A stretch of DNA of 64,000 nt. It comes from the human T2T-CHM13v2.0 reference genome, Homo sapiens. The position numbers and the translations under genes are program-made. Positions 41,051 through 53,961 of the stretch are shown piece by piece. Location: the NCBI RefSeq assembly GCF_009914755.1, contig NC_060928.1; one strand, given 5' to 3'. The notes under the pieces are model-generated. The model was not told the origin of the DNA. It ran no database searches and saw only the letters and a list, made by a program, of their open reading frames with translations. Position 1 is the stretch's first letter. Each line of letters starts with the position of its first letter.

Positions 41051-43690
41051 TTTTGGGGTGCCTCATGAGAAGGCAACAGTCCAGGAAGTGATGCTTCTCC
41101 TAGCTCTGTGTGCTTGCCTTAACACAGATAAGAAGACTTCCCTTCCACCACATATTGCATCTCAAGTAGATCTTTGTGTTTGGGACATGAAAGTTCCCAG
41201 TAGAGCTGTGAATCTGCCCCAAGTCCATGTTATTTTAAAACCCAAAAAGAAAGCACTATGGAATTGCAGCCTCCTCAGGCTAAGAGACAGTTAGGAGCCT
41301 TTTTGGGAATGGCTAGATTCTGCTGGATCTGGATTCCTGGATTTGAGCTTATAGCAAAGCTACTCTATGAATCTCTAAAAGGGGTGATTATGAGCCTTTG
41401 AATTGGAATGGAACCTGCCATTATGCATGCTTAACCCTTAAATACAAACTAGGAACAGCTTTTGATTTGGGACTCTCTAACTTAGAAAAGCCTTTCACTC
41501 TCTGCGTGGCTGAAAAACAAGGGATGGCTTTGGATGTCCCAACTCGAATGCTCAGGAATAGCTCTAGACCAGTGGCTTACTTTTCTAAACAGCTACAGCA
41601 AGTGGCAGCTAGGTGGCAAGGATGTTTGTGAGCTGTGGCCACTACTGCTCTATTGATGGAAGAAGCCAGTAAGTTCACCTAGGGACAACAATTATATGTC
41701 ATGACCCAACCACCTACCTCCAATCCCAACACCAAATACAGAGGGTCCTAGAAGCAATAGGACACCAATGGCTAACAGGAAGTCATGCACTTAAATGTAA
41801 GGCCCTTCTGCTTATGCCACAGATGTTACCCTTAAAGTATGTCGAGCTTTAAACCACACTACCCTGTTGCCAGACTTCACTTCCCAGGATACAGATCCCC
41901 AACTTATTCGCTCCTGTGGGGAAACCATAGAACAGACCTACTCTAGAAGATGACTTCAGAGGAGCCCCTGTCTATTCCCAGCATTGAGTGGTTTACAGAT
42001 GGTAGTAGTTTTATGCATGAAAGAGTAAGAAAGGAAGGTTATTCAGTAGTTAGCCAACGAAAAGTCATTGAGGCAAAAGCTTTCATTAGGGATTGCCAAT
42101 TAGGAAAAAAATAGGAGTCAATATATTTACCTATTCCAAATATGGGTTTCTAGTGCACCATGCTCATGTGGCTGTACGGAAAGAAAGGGGACTACTAATG
42201 GGTAAGGGATTCCCTATACAACATCATTCTGAGATCTTGGAACTTTTAGATGCTGTCCAGCTCCAAAAGGAGGCAGCGGTTATTCACTGCAGGGAACACC
42301 ATAAGGGAGACCTCTATTATCAAAGGAAATGCTCTGGTAGACAGAGCAACTAAGGCCACAGCTAAAACAATACCAGTAATACAGTCCACTTCATTAATGC
42401 CAGGTACTCCATCCAGGTCAGCAACACCATACTATACCCCTGAGGAAATTAAATGGGTAGAAAGTCTTACAAAAGGACCCCTCAGGAAGGTTATGAAGAA
42501 GCAACAAACCCTCCTTGAGGCTAAGCAATGGAAAATAGTTAAGTATCTCCATGGTTCCTTACATTTGGAATGGAATTCCCTATTGAAATTATTTTCTCAA
42601 TTTTTTTTAGGAAGGAATCTATTCTAGACTGCAAAGAGTGTCACCAGGGTTTGTGAATTTTTTGCCTGTAATGACCCCGAAGACACTGCATCCCCCCTCC
42701 CCTACTCAAACCTGTACAACATAAAGGAACATATCCTAGGGAAGACTGGCAAATAGATTTTATACAGATGCCACCCTACAGGGGACGAAAATGTTTGCTA
42801 GTATTCATCGATACTTTCACCAAGTGAATAGAGATTTTCCTCACAAGTACAGAAAAGCTATTAGAAGTGTCCACATTTTTACTTAAATAAATCATCCCAA
42901 GGTTTGGATTACCTAAAACTCTGCAGAGTGAAAATAGACCCTCATTTTCAGTTAAAGTAACCCAGCAGGTTTCCTCAGCCTTCAGCATTCCCTGTCACCT
43001 TTACTCCTCCTGGAGACCTCAATCCTCAGGTAAGGTGGAAAAAAACTAATCCTGTTTTTAGAAAGACATTAAAGAGAAGAAAAAAATTAAAGCTCTTATT
43101 CCCACCCACAGCATCACATTACGACTTTGATTGGAGTGTTGATTCTTTTAAACAGGTAGCGGAGGTCATTCAAAGGCTCACAGATGTAGGTTGTTTGTGT
43201 CCTCCTTCTGTGCCTGCAACTCATATGAAACAGTTTTAATCCTGGATCGGCCTACTCAACATGTTATTCCATGAAGTTTAACAGCAGTGGGGGTACTCAA
43301 CAACACCCAAAAGAACACTCAAAACAAGACTCAAAAACTCCTCTATCAGGAGAACCCATAGGCCTGGTTTCTCTACTACTCATAGCCCACTTATAGGTAA
43401 GGATGGCCTCAAAGGGAACTCTAAAACTTAGTTCGAGATGACATATGGGAGGGTCTTTTTAACTTTAGACCTCCTATTTGATGAAGAGACACATAGAATA
43501 CTCAGCCATATTATCAACCTGGGCCAGGATCAAAAGGCCCTCCAAACATAGGGAAACAAAATATTGCCCCTTGCCACAAGGGAAAGAATAAACCCTCCTA
43601 TTCAACCAGGAGGCTTAATCTTGCTAAAAACTTGGAAAGAAAGACACCCTGAAGACCAATTATAACCAGAATGAAAGGACCTCTTTTGGG
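41051..43690 (+). pseudogene. pol: Decayed pol (RT thumb/tether, RNase H, integrase) with RT palm deleted and internal inversion
   Basis: QLGAFLGMARFC.IWIPGF, RPVAYFSKQL, EWFTDGSSF (41986), EDWQIDF, IIPRFGLP, WRPQSSGKVEK. Confidence 0.9.
43072..43314 (-). other. Inverted, relocated integrase C-terminus plus probable env start
   Basis: Minus strand reads FWVLLSTPTAVKLHGITC*VGRSRIK...YICEPLNDLRYLFKR, then ATG-LWVGIRALIFFFS. Confidence 0.85.
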
Positions 43691-43699
43691 GGTCCTTTA

Positions 43700-43980
43700 T
43701 CCTTAATCCACTGCACCCTAGCCTCTCCCCCTAGCAAACTGCTGAAATGCCACTGTTATGAGTCACCAATGTCCTCCTGATTGACAAAAAAGTAGACATA
43801 TTTAATTATAGTATTTAACTTCAAGTGACATAGTGGACTCTTCATGATGTAGGACTTGTGGCTGCCATGGCAGAAAGAACTATGTTGGTGGGTTTCTTCA
43901 ACTCTGGCTCTTACTTCTTAGTGAACTTCCCAGGTTCTTTATTCTCCTCTGTCCATTCTTTACATTGTTGATGTTCTTTT
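43700..43980 (+). mobile_element. L2 fragment
   Basis: CTTAATCCACTGCA...CTGAAATG...GTCACCAATGTCCTCCTGATTG, resembling L2 GTCACCAATGACCTCC. Confidence 0.6.
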
Positions 43981-44494
43981 GTTTTTTATAATTTATACAG
44001 TTTTACTGGACAAACTTATTCTTTTCTTTCAGTTTGACCACACACATAACAGTCTGCACAATATAGTCATTTGGATAACAAGGAGACACCTCAAATATCC
44101 AATGAGCATTTATTGATGTTAACTAGTGGTGTTGATACTAAAAACCCAATTGCCATTTATTTGTCCACAAATAAATGCCAGGTTATATACATCCCCTTGT
44201 AATTTTCACAATTTTTCACTTAGTGGCTTATGATGAGTTTTAAATGTAACATTTCTGGTTAAAAAATAAAAATAATAAGATAATAAAAATAAAATAATAA
44301 AAATAAACTATATTAACTCAAAACATAAATGCTTATTAATATATAAAGTATATTACATTTCAAATATATTTAAAACATATATAAATTATAAAATAAAATT
44401 ATTTCTTTTTCTTAACTATTACTTAACTGAAGTTTTGGTTTTCTCTTTGATTCCAGGGGAAAAAAAATCACTTTCTTACTTTAAGTTTTGTTTA

Positions 44495-45090
44495 TGTAGA
44501 AGCCAAGGGAAAGCTTTCCTTCTGCCCTCTGAAGGTTCATTGAGAATGAACTGACAATAGACAGATTAATAGGAGAAAAGGCATACAGATGTGTTTATTG
44601 TGCATAGCATGAGGGGAACACAGGAGCATGATTACCCAATAACCCAGTAGGGTACAGAGGCTTATATACCCTTCTTCATAGTGGAGGGGAGATGAGGTGA
44701 AGGAGTAAATGATTTTTATGGGAGAATGAATGGACCTAATGTTTAGACAATGGTTAGTAAACACTTCTCTTTGGAAATTTAATGGGACCTGAAAATAGAT
44801 AAGAGTGAAATAAAATTCATTCAGGCTCTGACTGATAGGAATTTTAATCTTCTCCAGTTAATACAATTTTAGTAAAAAATATCAAAGCAAACTGTGTTCA
44901 TCTTTCAGAGTCTTCCATTTCTGTGTAGAGGAGGTAACTTCACAAAACAGCCTCATTCTGTGCTTTTTGGGAGAGACAGAGGATGAGGTCAGAGGGTGTA
45001 GTAGGAAGGTCAGGGTGACCTTAAAGCTGCTTCTTTAATTTAGCATTTCAAAGTATAATATTTTGGGTTATCATTTTTGGAGACCCAACA
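44495..45090 (-). mobile_element. ERV1 MER4-group solo LTR (LOR1/MER31/MER39-like)
   Basis: TGTAG...CCCTCTGAAGGTTCA...CAGATTAATAGGAGAAAAGGCATACA...TTTTGGGTTATCATTTT...CCCAACA. Confidence 0.75.
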
Positions 45091-45363
45091 TTTGTTTGTT
45101 TTTGTGATTAGTACTCTTCTTAAAATAGAACCAAACTATTACTACCATGAGAAATATATTGAAAACTTTGGTGCAATATGTATGTATGTATGTATATATA
45201 TATGTATCTCTCTGTTTCAGTGAAAGCTTGACTAGGAGGTTCATTCCTCTATTACCAAAGTGTAGTGTCAGCCAATTATCTTTTGGTTAAATCATTAAAA
45301 TTAATTAGTCTAATGGATTTTGTCTAAACAATTTTTCAAAAACTGAAAGATGTGTTAGAATGT

Positions 45364-45755
45364 TGTGATAGTTAATACTGAGTGTCAACTTTATTGGATT
45401 GAAGGATACAAAGTATTGATCCTGGGTGTATCTGTGACGGTGATGCCAAAGGAGATTAACATTTGAGTCAGTGAACTGGGAAAGGCAGACCCACCCTTAA
45501 CCTGGGTGAGCACAGTCTAATCAGCTACCAGTGCAGCTAGAATATAAGCAGGCAGAAAAATGTGAAAAGAGAAACACGTCTAGCTGCCCAGTATACATCT
45601 TTCTCCCATGCTGGATGCTTCCTGCCCTTGAACACTGGACTCCAAGTTCTTCAGTTTTGGAATTTGGACTGGCTCTCCTTGCTCCTCAGCCTGCAGACAG
45701 CCTATTGTGGGAACTTGTGATCGTGTGAGTTAATACTTAATACTTAATAAACATG

Positions 45756-45802
<47 letters not shown>

Positions 45803-45846
45803 CTATTCCATTAGTTCTGTCCCTGTAGAGAACCCTGACTAATACA
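45364..45846 (+). mobile_element. MLT2A1/A2 (HERVL) solo LTR with internal (TA)n(CA)n
   Basis: TGTGATAGTTAATACTGAGTGTCAAC...AGAGAACCCTGACTAATACA; TSD AATGT / AATGA. Confidence 0.93.
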
Positions 45847-45929
45847 AATGACAAATGTCTTTCATTGCTAGTTTGTTTAGAGCATTAATCTAAATATTTC
45901 AAAGAATGATCACCTTGTATCTTTTAAGA

Positions 45930-47355
45930 TATTTTATTGGGATTAAATTTATAAAACCTAAAATTAACCATTCTAAAGTAAAAAATTCAGGAGCATTTAG
46001 TACATTTACAGCACAATTGCATCTCTAGTTCTATCCTCTATTTCTATCATATTTCCATCACCTCAAAAGGAAACCTCATGCCCATTAAGCAGTTATTCAC
46101 CATTTTGTCACTGCCATCACCAAGTCCCTGAGTATCACAATCTGCTTTCTGTCTTTATACTTTCACCTATTCTAGATGTTTTCTATAAATTTAATAATAC
46201 AATATGCGATACTTTATGTTTTACTTTTTTACTTAACGTATATTTGAGGTTCATTTATATTGGAGCATGTATCAATATTTAATTGATTTTCATGGTTAAA
46301 TAACATTTCATTGAATTTATATTCCATGGTTGGTTTATCTTTTTATTCACTGAACTTTTCGGCGGCATCGATGTTTTGGCCCTTGTGAATAATGCTGCAA
46401 TGAACATGTGTATATGTGTATTTGTTTGAGTACCTCTTTTCAATTATTTTAGATATATTCCTAAGAATGAAATTATTGAGTCGAGGGATAATCCTGTTTA
46501 ACTTTTTGAGAAACTGCTAAACTGTTTTTCATAATAGCTGAATCACTTTACATTTCTATCAGTGATGTACAAGGGTTCTATTTTTTCACATCCTCACCAA
46601 CAATTGTTTTTCATTAAAAATAAATAATAGTTTTTCTAGTTGGTTGAAGCGGTACCTCAATACGGTTTTGAGTTATATTGCCCCAATGATGAACGCTGTT
46701 GAGCATCTCTTCATGTGCTCATTAGTCACATTGAATATCTTTCTTATATAAATGTATATTCAAGACCACTTCTCATTTTAACTGTTTCTTATGTTTCTGT
46801 TGTTGAATAAGAGTTTTTATATAAACAAGATACTGGCCTCTTAGCAGATACATGGTTTGCAAATATTTTCTCCTATTTTAAAGATAGCCTTTCACTTTCT
46901 TGATAATGTTCTTTGATGTACAAAGATTTTAAATTCTGATGAAGTTCAATTTATCTACTTTTCTTCTTTTGTTGCTCTTCCTCTTGTTATTGCTAAGAAT
47001 CCATAGACATATCTAATGTAATGAAAATTTACCCATATGTTTTTATGGTTTTATTTCTTATATTTTGGTCTTAGACCCATTTTACATGGGGTGAGGTATG
47101 GATTCAAGTGTCTTATTTTTTTACGTGGTGTGAGGTATGGATTCAAGTGTCTTATTTTGCTTGTGCATATCTTACTGTTTCAGTAACATTTGTTAAAGAG
47201 ATTATTCATTCTCCTATTTGATTAAATGTACCAAAATCACTAGGATTTTGGTACATTTGTCAAACATCAACTGACCATTGATATATTGGTTTATTTCTGA
47301 AATCGAAATTCTTTTTGATTGGTCTATATGTCTAACCTTATGTTAGTATCACACT
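45930..47355 (-). mobile_element. L1MB-like 3' fragment
   Basis: Antisense 3'UTR and ORF2 end: CCCATTAAGCAGT, TGTGAATAATGCTGCAATGAACAT, GTTGAGCATCTCTTCATGTGC. Confidence 0.88.
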
Positions 47356-47666
47356 AAGACAATGCTTGATCAATCATCTCTAAATAATTTACTTCTTAAG
47401 TCTGTATTATCTTGTAATTCCAAAACTGGAATATCATTGTGAAATGTGAGCTCATCAGTCTGAAATTTTGGGCTGCATATTAAAACTTACAGTACAAGTT
47501 GACTAATACTTATAAGATATATTAAGGGCATTGTGCTTGAACAACAAAAGCATTTAGTGTATTTTTCATGTCTTTAAACATTTTGCCTCCTTTTATTTGC
47601 CTTGTATCTTAAGAACTAATAGATTACCACTTAAAGTGTATTGCAAACCAACTCAAAAGAAATAAA

Positions 47667-47962
<296 letters not shown>

Positions 47963-48191
47963 TCATTTTAATACTGAGACTGTTGCTTCTCAGTGAGCTT
48001 AAATTTTAGGACACTAAGCAGATTTATGCCATTGTACTTTTCACTTGCTATGTCTAATCAAATCTCTAATTAGTCATGAAGTATCTCATTTTGGTTTTTA
48101 GCTTTATTAACAAATTTCAGTTTAAATATTGATCTCCCAGAATGGCTTATGAGGTATAACAATAGAGGAAGGGATTTCTGAATAGTAGGAG

Positions 48192-50482
48192 CGTATTAAT
48201 CTGTTCTCTTGCTGCTAATAAAGACATACCGGAGACTGGGTAATTTATAAAGGAGAAAGGTTTAATTCACTCACAGTTCAGCATGGCTGGGGAGGCCTCA
48301 AGAAATGTACAATCATGGCAGAAGGCAAAGGGGAAGCAAAGCACTTTCTTCACAAGGCAGCAAGAAGGAGAAGTTCAAGCCAGGGGAAATACCAGAAACT
48401 TATAAATCCATGAAATCTCATGAGACTCACTCATTATTGTGAGAAGAGCATGGAAGAATCCACTCCCATGATTCAATTACCTCCTCCTGGTCCCACCCTT
48501 GACATGTGGGGATTATAAGAATTACAATTAAAGGACAGATTGGGAGGGGACACACAGCCAAACTATATCATCCTGCCCCTGGCTCATCCCAAATCTCATG
48601 TCCTCACATTTCAAAACACATTCATGCCTTCTCAACAATACCCCAAAGTCTTAACTTATTCCAGCATTAACCCAAAAGTCCAATCCAAAGTCTCATCTGA
48701 AACAAGGTAAGTCTCTTTCACCTGTGAACCTGTAAAATCAAAAGCAATTTAGTTACTTCCTATATACAATGGGGCTACCAGCATTGGATATATACAACCA
48801 CTCTAAATGGGAGAAATTGGCCAAAACAAAGGGCTACAAGCCCCATGCAAGTCCAAAATCCAATAGGGCAGTCATTAAACCTTAAAGTTCCAAAACTATC
48901 TCCTTTGACTCCATGCCTCACATCCAGGTCACACTGATGCAAGAGGTGGGCTCCCACAGCCTTGGGCACCTCCACCTCTGTGGCTTTGCAGGCTAAATCT
49001 TCCCTCCCAGTTGTTTTCACAGGCTGGCATTGAGTGTCTGTGGCTTTTCCAGGCACACAGTGGAAGCTGTCAGTGGATCTACCATTCTGGGATCTGGAAA
49101 ATAGTGGCCCTCTTCTCACAGCTCCACTAGGGGAATCTGTGTGGCAGCTCACATGCCACATTTTGCTTCTGCACTGCCCTAGCAGAGGTTCTCCATGAAG
49201 GCTCTGACCCTGCAGCAAACTTCTGCCTGGACATCCAGGTGCTTCCACACATCTTCTGAAAACTAAGCAAAGATTCCCAAATATTAATTCTCTACTTCTG
49301 TGTACCCACAGTCTCAACACCATGTGGAAGCTGCCAAGGTTTGGGGCTTGTCCCCTCTGAAGCAATGGCCTGAGCTCTAGCTTGGCCCCTTTTAGCCACA
49401 GCGAGAGATAAAGCAGCTGGAATGCAGGGCATCATGTCCTGAGGCTGCACACAGCAGGCAGCCCTTGGGATGAACTCAGGAAACCATTTTTCTCTCCTAG
49501 ACCCCCAGGCCTGTGATGGGAGGGGGTACTGTGGAGGTCTCTGAATTCCCTAGAGAAATTTTCTTCATTGTCTTCGTGATTAACATTTAGCTCATGGTTA
49601 CTTATGCAAATTGATGTAGCTGCCTTGAATTTCTCACCAGAAAATGGGTTTTTCTTTTCTATCCCATCATGATGCTGTACATTTTCCATACTTTTATGCT
49701 CTGCTCCCTCTTAAACACTTTGCCACTTAAAACTTTCCTCTGCCAGATACCCTAAATCATCTCTCTCAAGTTCAAAGTTACATAGATCTCTAGGGCAGGG
49801 GCAAAATGCCACCAATCTCTCTTCTAAAGCATAGAATGAGTGACCTTTACTCCAGTTCCCAACAAGTTGCTCATCTCCATCTGAGACCACCTCAGTCTGG
49901 ACTTCATTGTCCATATCACTATCAGCATTTTGGTCAAAGCCATTCAGTAAGTCTGTAGGAAGTTTCAAACTTTCCAACATTTTCCAACTTTCTTCTGAGC
50001 CCCCCTAACAGTTCCAACCTCTGCCTGTTACCCAGTTCCAAAGTCACTTCCACATTTTGGGGTATCTTTATGGCAGCACTTGACCCAATTGGTACCACTT
50101 TACTTTATTAGTCCATTCTCACACTGCTTTATAAAGACATACCTGAGACTGTCTAATTTGTAAAAGAAAGAAGTTTAATTGACTCACAGTTCAGCATGGC
50201 TTGGGAGGGCTCAGGAGGTTTACAAAAATGGCAGAAGGGGAAGGGGAAGCAAGGCACCTTTTCACAAGGCAGCAAGAAGGCAAAGTGCAAGCAGAAGAAA
50301 TGCCAGATGCTTATAAAACCATCAGATCTCGTGAGACTCACTCATTATCATGAGAACAGCATGTGGGAAACCACCCCCATGATTCAATTACCTTCACCTG
50401 GTCCCGCCCTTGACACATAGGGATTATGGGGATTGCAATTCAAGGTGAGATTTGTATGGGGACACAGAACCAAAGCATGTCA
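48192..50482 (-). mobile_element. Full-length THE1D/MSTA-type MaLR element (LTR 48192-48570, internal, LTR ~50103-50482)
   Basis: Two LTRs flanking ~1.5 kb MaLR internal sequence; TSD AGGAG / AAGAG. Confidence 0.93.
48775..49980 (-). pseudogene. Fragmented MaLR internal ORF
   Basis: ORF pieces with LLNGFDQNADSDMDNEVQ, CPCPRDL.NFELERDDLGYLAEE, IEKKNPFSGEKFK, typical of THE1/MST internal sequence. Confidence 0.8.
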
Positions 50483-52179
50483 AAGAGAGTCTCTGATTAC
50501 TGGATAACTACCATTTATGTAAATATAAAGAGACATGAACCTTTAAAACAATAATCTCATTAGTAATTAACTCCTGTTGTACTGAAACTCAGTTCTTAAA
50601 TAATCAGTCGTATCATTGACAGCTAAGTAGAACTCAATGATACTTGGTTAACTACAGTTTCTGTGTTTTTTTAAATAGTCATATATCACCTTTAGCCAGA
50701 TTTTTCTTTCCCATACTATCTTTCATTGACAAAGGTTAGACAGATTATTTATATTAATAATAAGGGTTGTGAAAAGAATTTAAAATGGCTCCTGATTCAT
50801 CAGTCTACATACATTATACTTATAAATTTGAAGTATATTTTTACACAAAGTACACTGTATTGTTTCTGATTTCTTGAAATTAATGACATATGGATGACAC
50901 GTATGACATCATTAGCCAGAAAATACCTTCATTTTGAATTTTATATACCCTTAATATTCTGAATAAATAGGTGTTGAATATGCATACATACAAAATGCAT
51001 GCTTTGTTCCTATAGGTTTCATGTAAGTGATGAATGATAGAGTGATACCTACTTCTATCTCTCTGCTTTTAAGATAATTGTAAATTTATTTAGAGTTTCA
51101 AATATTAAAGTTTCTGAATGAATCAATCTCCGTGGACTGCACTGAGGGAAACCTGTTTACTTTTTTGTAGTTATGATTATAGAAGGCCAACAATATCAGC
51201 TACAGAAAATATTTGGTAAATGTCTGAGTTGAGCACTATGAAGTTCTAAGAAGCACATCGCCTTTAGACAGCCTGATTAGTCTATACAGGAAGAGTTCTC
51301 TAACTATACAATGCTGAAGAAACCAGTCTTTACAAACTACTGATTGTTCTTTTGTAATACTTATTTACTTTTCAAATCATACAGTTTATTATGAACTGGT
51401 AGGAGTCCTAAATATACTCTATTCTAAGTACCTCAGAGTTGAAGAAACAGAGTTAAGAAATGTTCAAGTATTTGATAATGTTCAAATGCCGAGGTTAGCA
51501 TCTTCATAACTCCCAGTGCAGTGATTAACAAACCATAAAAATAACATTTTGTAATAAGGGCACAAAAGACAGAGTGTGAATTTTCACAGGAAAAGCTTAA
51601 AAAAAACTTGGAAATTATAGTAGGAGAAATCTATGAGAAACTTAAAACACACCTGTTTTTATTTTATCCCTTTAAGAGGATTATGAAAGGTAAGTGGTGC
51701 TTTCAATTCCAACTGTTATTTCCTCACTCATATTTTTCAAGTTCCTAAGAGTCAACATATCTAATTTACTTTCCTTTGCTCCTTTTATGGTGGTACAGAA
51801 TGTACTAAATGCCAGTTATACCAATGATAAGTAATTCTAGTTTTTCTAAGATATCTAAGGTGTAAATAATATGCCCATTTTAAAACTGAAACTATGTACT
51901 CAGATTAACAAATGGTATAATGTGATTCACCTAGTAAATGATATAATCGGGATATTAACCTTTGTCTGAAATTCTTTCAAGACTTTCTTTCAACGCTGTT
52001 ACCTGCATTCTAATATATCATCTTTGTTTTCATTTTTATACTTGTGCTCATAAGGCATCATGAGACTATAAGATTTCTACAGTCAATAGATGCATTTGTC
52101 TTTACTATTGCACATTAAAGTTTTACAAGTGTGTGGGCAGAACTTTGGATATATCTTGTGAGTCAAACCTGCTCTTTTC

Positions 52180-52815
52180 ACCTTTGTTAATGGCAACTCT
52201 ATCTTTCCAATTGCTCAGGCAGAAAACTTACGTTTTTCTTTAATTTTCTCTTGGCACTAACCTTAATGTGCATTCAGTGCTCATCCACTTCACAGCTTAT
52301 TCTTTGTTATAGGTTTTAGTGATACCAGATGCCCTCAACTCTCACCTGAATCATTCCAATAGTCTCCATCTCCTAACTCGTCCTGTTTCCGATCTTGCCT
52401 ACATTGATTCTATTCCTAAAAGAATTAACAGAGTTATCTTTTTAAATGGCAAATTAATCATATCTTTCCTCACTTCAATTCCTCCATCTCACTTAGAATA
52501 AAAAGTGAGAAATCTTAGCATGTCCCACAAAGACCCAGAGAAAGTGGATCCAGCCCTCATACACATGCAAACAGTTACAAACACACTTCTGACCTTCTCT
52601 CCCCAATTCCTCTTTAACTCTTTGTCCCAGTCAATACAACCTCCTTGTTATTATTCTGAAATCAACCAGAATGACACTTTTGAATCAGGACCTTTATAAT
52701 TATTGCTTCTTTGGCCTGGAACTCTTTCCTCTCAGTTGTATGCACCGCTAACTCCTTTATCTCCTTTAAATCTCTGGTAATATTATCAATATGGTTATCT
52801 TTAAATACCTTATCA
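52180..52815 (+). mobile_element. L2 fragment
   Basis: TCCAATTGCTCAGGCAGAAAAC, CTCACTTAGAATAAAA, CAGGACCTTTA...GCCTGGAACTCT. Confidence 0.7.
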
Positions 52816-53340
52816 AGACAGAAATCAATTATGTAGTTTGGGTCTTCCAGAAGAAGACTTCATGAGTTACCTACATTGAAGAAACAGCTCTTTAAAAATT
52901 CAATGTTTTGCAGAAAGGTGCATTTGTAAAATAAAGTAATAATTGTATGATAATATAAAATTGCTATAAAAGTTTTTAAGCATTTACTCTCACTTTCTGT
53001 ATTTATCTCAGTATACTATTGCCACAAAGTTATGTAGACCAGCATTGTGTCTCATCTTATATGCCATATGAAAATAGCATAGCTACAGTTAGTCATCAAT
53101 TTCTTTGACACATAAAATCAAATATAGAAAAAGGAAATAAAACACAGCTATTTTAAATATTTAATTATTTTTGATTTAATAATTTAACAAAAAGTAATTA
53201 TCGATTATTATCTTACCTTTTAATGTTTGGAGTACCAAAAATTGTAAGAGACAAGGAAGTACTATAAACTCTGCATATGCATACATGTTAGCTAGGGATC
53301 ATGTTACATTGAAGATTCTATTTTAGTAGACATGTGATGA

Positions 53341-53721
<381 letters not shown>

Positions 53722-53961
53722 TAGGAATGGCTGGAAAGCAGAGCCTCAAGTAAAGATGAAAGTGCCCACATTTTATTTGCAATTCGTAAGCCTCGAGTGG
53801 TTTGAATGAGAAATAGAGAAAAGTGGAGAAAGAAAAAAGAGGGAAAGAAGCGAGGAAATATGATTCTTTACGACATTCACTGCAAGGAGTTAAAATTGTC
53901 AAAAATGTTTCACTGATGTGTAGTCACAATGAACTAAATTTTTCATGAAAAGGTGCAAGGA

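Larger units (their letters stand above)
37464..43690 (+). mobile_element. ERV1 internal region (HUERS-P3-like), 3'-truncated, no 3' LTR
   Basis: Long leader, then gag, pro and pol motifs in order; abuts L2-like sequence at ~43700. Confidence 0.9.

Noticed and set aside
48775-49365. Longest ORF in the window (196 aa)
   Set aside because: Lies within MaLR internal sequence whose ORF is fragmented by frameshifts; not a cellular gene.
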